Assembly (NCBI RefSeq): GCF_009914755.1
Contig: NC_060937.1
Direction: 5' to 3' (one strand)
From: the human T2T-CHM13v2.0 reference genome, Homo sapiens
Length of the DNA: 64,000 bases
Below are positions 58,824-64,000 of the stretch, piece after piece. The position numbers and the translations under genes are program-made. The number at the start of each line of letters is the position of its first letter. Position 1 is the stretch's first letter. The notes beneath the pieces are model-generated. The model saw only the letters and a program-made list of their open reading frames with translations. It did not search any database and had not been told where the DNA came from.

Positions 58824-59076
58824 TATTTTCTGAGGCAGGGTCTTGCCCAGGCTAGAATGCACTGGTGCAATCACAGCTCATTGCCTTGACTGGACTCAAG
58901 TGATCCTCCCACCTCAGCTTCCCAAGTAGCTGGGACTACAGGTGCGTGCCACCATGCCCAGATAATTTTTTAGTCTACATTGCCCAGGCTGGTCTTGAAT
59001 GCCTGGGCTCAAGCGATCCTCTCATCTTGGCCTCCCAAAGTGCTAGGATTACAGGTGTGAGCCACGATGTCTGGCC
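58824..59076 (-). mobile_element. Alu (AluJ-like, internally deleted)
   Basis: Reverse dimer; 14-bp TSD gtcttctccatctt (58810-58823, 59077-59090). Confidence 0.92.
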
Positions 59077-59209
59077 GTCTTCTCCATCTTAATGGCAATG
59101 CCATCCTTTGGGTGCTCAGATCAAAACCCTTGCAGTAATTTTCAACTCACTTCTTTCTCTTACATTCCACATTCCATCTGTCAGTCCTCTGTTTGAAACC
59201 CTCCTATTT

Positions 59210-59968
59210 CATCCAGATTAGAGAAAACTTACACAAAGAGGACATTCAAGTGGCCTCTGAACATATGAAGAAGCACCCAGTATGAGTGGGTGTCATGAGA
59301 CAAGTGCAAATTAAAACCACAGTGAGATCATTCTCCATGCTCCAGAATGGCTGAAGTAAAAAGGATTGATTACATCCTTTTAATTATAACTGGAGAGGAT
59401 GAAGCAAATATCCAAATATTGCTGGTTGGAATGTAACTCATGATGGTCACTTTGAAAAACTGGCGATAGCAAAATAAAACTAAACAAAAGTGTTCCCCAT
59501 TTCACTCAGCTAAAATGAATGTTTATGTCCACCAAAAACCACATACAGGAGTATTCATAGGAACTTTATTCATAAAAGCCCCAAACTGGAAATAACTCAA
59601 ATGTCCATCAGTAGTGGAACAGATAAATAAGTTGTGGCATACTGGAAAAGAAAATACCACAAAGCAATGAAAAGGAACAGATTACTAAAACATGCAACAA
59701 GACAGTGGATCTCACAGACATGTTGTATAAAAGTCATTAGACACAAAAGAGGATTTCTGTATGATGCCACCTACATGAAGGTCAAAACAGGCAAAACTAG
59801 TGGTTAACTTTAAAGGGGGTCGCAAGAGCCTTCTGGATAACTGCAGATGTATATATTTTGATCTGGGTGGTGGTTCCACAGGCAAACATATTTCCAGAAG
59901 TTCATGGAGCTATAAATTAAGATTTGTGTACTTTATGTACATTATATCTCAATAAAAATGTAAAAACA
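59210..59968 (+). mobile_element. L1ME-type 3' end
   Basis: gcaaattaaaaccacagtgagat, cccaaactggaaataactcaaatgtccatca, ttatatctcaataaaaa. Confidence 0.8.
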
Positions 59969-59969
59969 T

Positions 59970-60590
59970 TTCTCAGTAAATATTTATTGGGTACATACTA
60001 CTAACTGTTCAGGGCCCTGGGAAAACAATAAACAAATCAGAAATGAGCCATGCTGTTCTTTGAGGTTCACTCCAGTTGGGAAGATAGAAATGAATCAAAT
60101 GGCATCAATACATTATAAACTGAGATGACCCATCTTAAGGGAAGGACCCCAGCCCTGGGAGACTGTAACAGAGGCTGGCCAGGTCTGGAGAAATGATGGT
60201 TCAAGCAGAAGGCAAAGGGAGCAGAAAGAGAGCACTCCAGGCAGCAGAAACAAGTGCCAAGACTCCAGTGCCAAAGGAAGCAGGCTGTGTCCTGCTGGAG
60301 GAAGCTTGGGTGACCAGACCACGCAGGAACTTGCAAGTGGGCAAAGGACTCTGGCCTTTAGCTTAAGATCAATGGAAGCCATTGAGGGTTTTAAGGGAAG
60401 GGACGTCACACTCAAATCTGTATTTAGAAAAGACCTCACTAATGTTGTGTGGATTTGAGAGTTGTATAGCAGATACTTCCTAGGACGCTCATTAGGGGAA
60501 GACTGTGAGTCCAGTCTAGAGCTGCTCTATCCATGAGAAAAGGCAAGAAGAATATTAAGAGGAGGAAGTGACTGAGAACTGCAGATTTTA
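59970..60590 (-). mobile_element. L2 3' region
   Basis: cagtaaatatttattgggtac ... aatggaagccattgagggttttaag ... aatctgtatttagaaaagacctcact. Confidence 0.7.
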
Positions 60591-60915
60591 TGTCTTTAAA
60601 TTTATGTTGAACCGAGGTAATTCATCTTCAAATCAGTGTGATATAGTACCCCAGGCTGCCTCCAGAGAAAGGGACCTGAGGAGGAGGGAGACTGTATTGT
60701 AAAGCTTTTGACACCCTGTGATTTTTTAATCATGCATATGTATTACTTACTCAACATAAAATTAAAATTAAAAATTAACAACACTCAACTGGAGCCTTCC
60801 TCATATTGCTAACGCTGCCTTAACTCCCTGTTGGTGATAAGGCATAAAGGTAAAGAGGCATCACAATGGTCCCTGTGTCCGGCTCTCATTCCTTGTGAGT
60901 AAAAACGGGACTTAC

Positions 60916-60943
60916 CTCAGAAAATTACCAGAGAAAACGCTTC
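60916..60943 (-). other. Candidate 28-nt micro-exon
   Basis: Minus strand: ggctgtttctatttcag|GAAGCGTTTTCTCTGGTAATTTTCTGAG|gtaagt, near-consensus acceptor and perfect donor in unique sequence. Confidence 0.4.
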
Positions 60944-62164
60944 CTGAAATAGAAACAGCCTAAATCTAAAAGACACATGTGCATCATTTAAGATACAAAA
61001 GTTTACCTGGTAAAGAAATAACTTCTACTAATAGCCTGGATTTTTAGTTCCTTATATCTAGCTTGTCAAATTGCAGGCCGAGAAGAAAAAAAGGGCAGCA
61101 TTATTCATGAAAACCAAGACAAAAATGAAAGTTGGTGATTTGGCTCAAAGGACCATATTAAAAAAACAACCGGGTAGTCATAATTTCCTCATGTTTTAAA
61201 TCACTGAAATCTAGAGTTGCAGCTGTCCCACAAACTGAAACCATATAAATTTTTAGAAAATGAGTCAATCATGAGATTAAAGTTTCAATTTATAACACTT
61301 CTGTGTTTTAGTTACAAAGTCATAAATAAACCTAGCATGACACAGAAAGTAAATATTTTTTCAGTTGTTTATGCAGGCAAAGAGGAAAGAAATTTAACAT
61401 GCAATTAACCACTTAGGTGTTTCTAGATATGCACCATATGGTCTTTCTTCGTATTTAAGATAAAAACAAAAATAAATATTGTTTTCTTTAACCTGATGTT
61501 TGCTTAGCAACATCAAATATTCCAAGCTAGCTCAGCCCAGGCACTAACTTCACCTCATGGAAGAGACTTTCCATTTGCAGGAGAGCTGGGGCATAAGAAT
61601 AGGAGGAAACTTCTTCCCCAGGGCGAAGAAAAAAAAAAAGAATAGGAGGAATAAGCATTTTTACCAAATAGTTTAAATTGAATACTCTGGAGAGAGAGCA
61701 GTAAATATTTAACCCGCCTGGGGCTCCAGTCCTATTGTTTAATAGACAATATATTTGTTTATACATTTAAAAACAGACCCTTATGCCATTCTTTCAACCA
61801 ACATCTGAACAAGTGTGGGATAAAAATAGCCAAGGTCCAAAGCAACCCTAAGATTTCTGTATAAGGACTCCCCATATGATCACGGTTACTTACCTGTCTT
61901 AGTTTAAAAATAACTAATGGGAACAATCTGATTGACATTTTAATCTAGATGACAGAAATCACTTAATGGATAATTATTTTCTTATCTTCATGTCTTATCA
62001 ACTATTCTAAAATTAACGCTTTTAAGGTAAAATCATTATATACTTGATGCTACATAAGGTCAATACGTGGTGCTACACTTTTATATTAACAACTGAAATA
62101 AAGTTGTAAAGTCACCCATGAACAGCTTTAAGATATACAGTTAAAATTAAAAACACAAAAACAT

Positions 62165-62410
62165 TTGAGAAGCTGAGGTAGGAGGACCACTTGAGGCCAG
62201 GAGTTTAAGACTAGCCTGTGAAACATAGTGAAACCTCATCTCTACCAAAAAAAAAAAAAAAGCTGGGAGTGGGGTGTGGTGATGAGCGCCTGTAGTCCTA
62301 GCTACCTGGGAAACCGAGACAGGAGGGTCAGTTGAGCCTTGAGGTTAAGGCTGCAATGAGCCATAATCATGCCAATGCACTCCAGCCTAAGTGATGGAGC
62401 AAGACCCTGT
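62165..62410 (+). mobile_element. Alu (AluJ-like, 5'-truncated)
   Basis: gctgaggtaggaggaccacttgaggccaggagttt ... gcaagaccctgtc. Confidence 0.9.
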
Positions 62411-62555
62411 CATACATATACACACACAATTGTTAATATGCTTGAGTGTTTAAATGTCACCTATCTTCATATATTATATATATATGTGTGTGTGTATATG
62501 TATATACATGTATGCTCTATATATCGAACAAAGAAGCTCTTAAAAATTGACTATC

Positions 62556-62901
<346 letters not shown>

Positions 62902-63599
62902 CTAGTAGTAATAATATATTAAAGCATTAACACCAAAATTGTGCATAACAATGCCATTTTCTCATGGTAGGTTTTAAATTTTTCTTCTTTTTGGGACTAC
63001 TAAAAAAAAAAAACAAAAAAACTCCACGTAGTAAATGTAACAGTACTCTCAAAATCTCTCTGCACTCTTCCATTATATTGATTTCATCTCCCTATTCTCA
63101 TCTTTCCACATGGTTAAGAGGCATGTTTGAAAGTTAATCCGGATGAGCACACTATGTAAACAACAGGGTTCACCACTAGCTGCACTCCATCTCCAAGCTG
63201 GTACAGTGGTTACTTTCCTTTGCATACATAATCATGGTAACAGCAGTGTCAGCTTAAGAATCTTCTCTAGAAATCAAGCAATCTTAACATGGGAAGCCCT
63301 CAAATTACACATAAGTTATATGCTAAAAGTTCATTCACTATTCTGTTACTTGGGAACTCACAACACACATCCAAAACAAATGTTCTATAAGTGATGTTTC
63401 AAGCCACTATACAGCCAATGTAACCCTAAAATAATAGAAAGGAGCAGAGCATTATATTGTTGTGATTATAGCAGTAGAAACTGAAAAGAAAATGTTTAAA
63501 ATTTGGGGTTTTGCTGGTACTTGAGAAAAGGCTGTTCCAATGAGAACATCATGCCAACCACACTGGCTGACCCAGTCTGTGCCCTTTGACGGACACACC

Positions 63600-64000
63600 T
63601 CTGGGTAATCTCCTCAATTTCCCCTCATCCTACACAGCAAACTCTCCCTGTTCCCTGCTGCCCCTTCCCACAGTTAGTACCTTCACTAGACTAATGACTC
63701 CCAAATCTACAGAGCTCCCACCTTGCTCTGTCTCCTGGGCTGTGGACCCACTGGCCCAACACTGTTCATCTCCACTTGGATATTCTACAGTCACATCAAA
63801 TGAAACTCATCACCCATGCACTCCTCACTGCATGAAGCAGCTACCACCCCTCCTGTACTCTGTTTCTGAACGTCATCCCCACCCCCACAGATGGCTCATT
63901 TTATTAAAACAGTGGGTGTCATTCCCACTCCTTCTCTTTTATCACCACCTCCCAAACTAGCAAGCACCAAACACCCAGGTCTGTCTGCTGGCTGCCGTGA
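63600..64000 (+). mobile_element. L2 fragment
   Basis: atgactcccaaatctacag ... catctccacttggatattc ... caaatgaaactcatca. Confidence 0.6.

Larger units (their letters stand above)
56330..59190 (+). mobile_element. Long L2 remnant including RT-coding region, interrupted by an MLT1 LTR and an Alu
   Basis: ORF 58213-58569 (NHSTDNVLIQVNNDLHLAKSN...PFDTITHSLCLETFSSVG) aligns by eye to L2 RT (HSTETAL.KV.NDL..AKS...AAFDT.DH.LLLETLSSLG). Confidence 0.75.

Noticed and set aside
61887-61930. Perfect minus-strand donor CAG|GTAAGT near 61893
   Set aside because: No convincing upstream acceptor to define an exon.

Overview
Primate (human-like) nuclear genomic DNA dominated by interspersed repeats: 18 Alus or Alu fragments, old L1M/L2/MIR fragments, MaLR/ERVL LTRs, hAT and Tigger MITEs, and one full-length ~6.2 kb L1PA4/5-type LINE-1 with disabled ORF1/ORF2 (45897-52097). 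I recognise no host protein-coding exon, tRNA, rRNA, CRISPR array or CpG island, and I cannot name the locus. Most LTRs and young L1s lie on the + strand, which weakly suggests a long intron of a minus-strand gene. The most unusual object is at 662-1827: an apparent L1-made processed pseudogene of a multiply spliced endogenous-retrovirus (ERV1, MER4-group) RNA, with R-U5-PBS(tRNA-Gly), three inferred splice junctions, PPT-U3-R, a poly(A) tail and a target-site duplication. Other points of interest are a double fold-back templated insertion in L1 ORF2, an open L1 ORF0 frame running out of the element, a possible short 3' transduction, tightly spaced inverted Alus, a C-rich minisatellite and several candidate exons. 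Repeat family names come from my memory of consensus sequences, and boundaries of old repeats are approximate.
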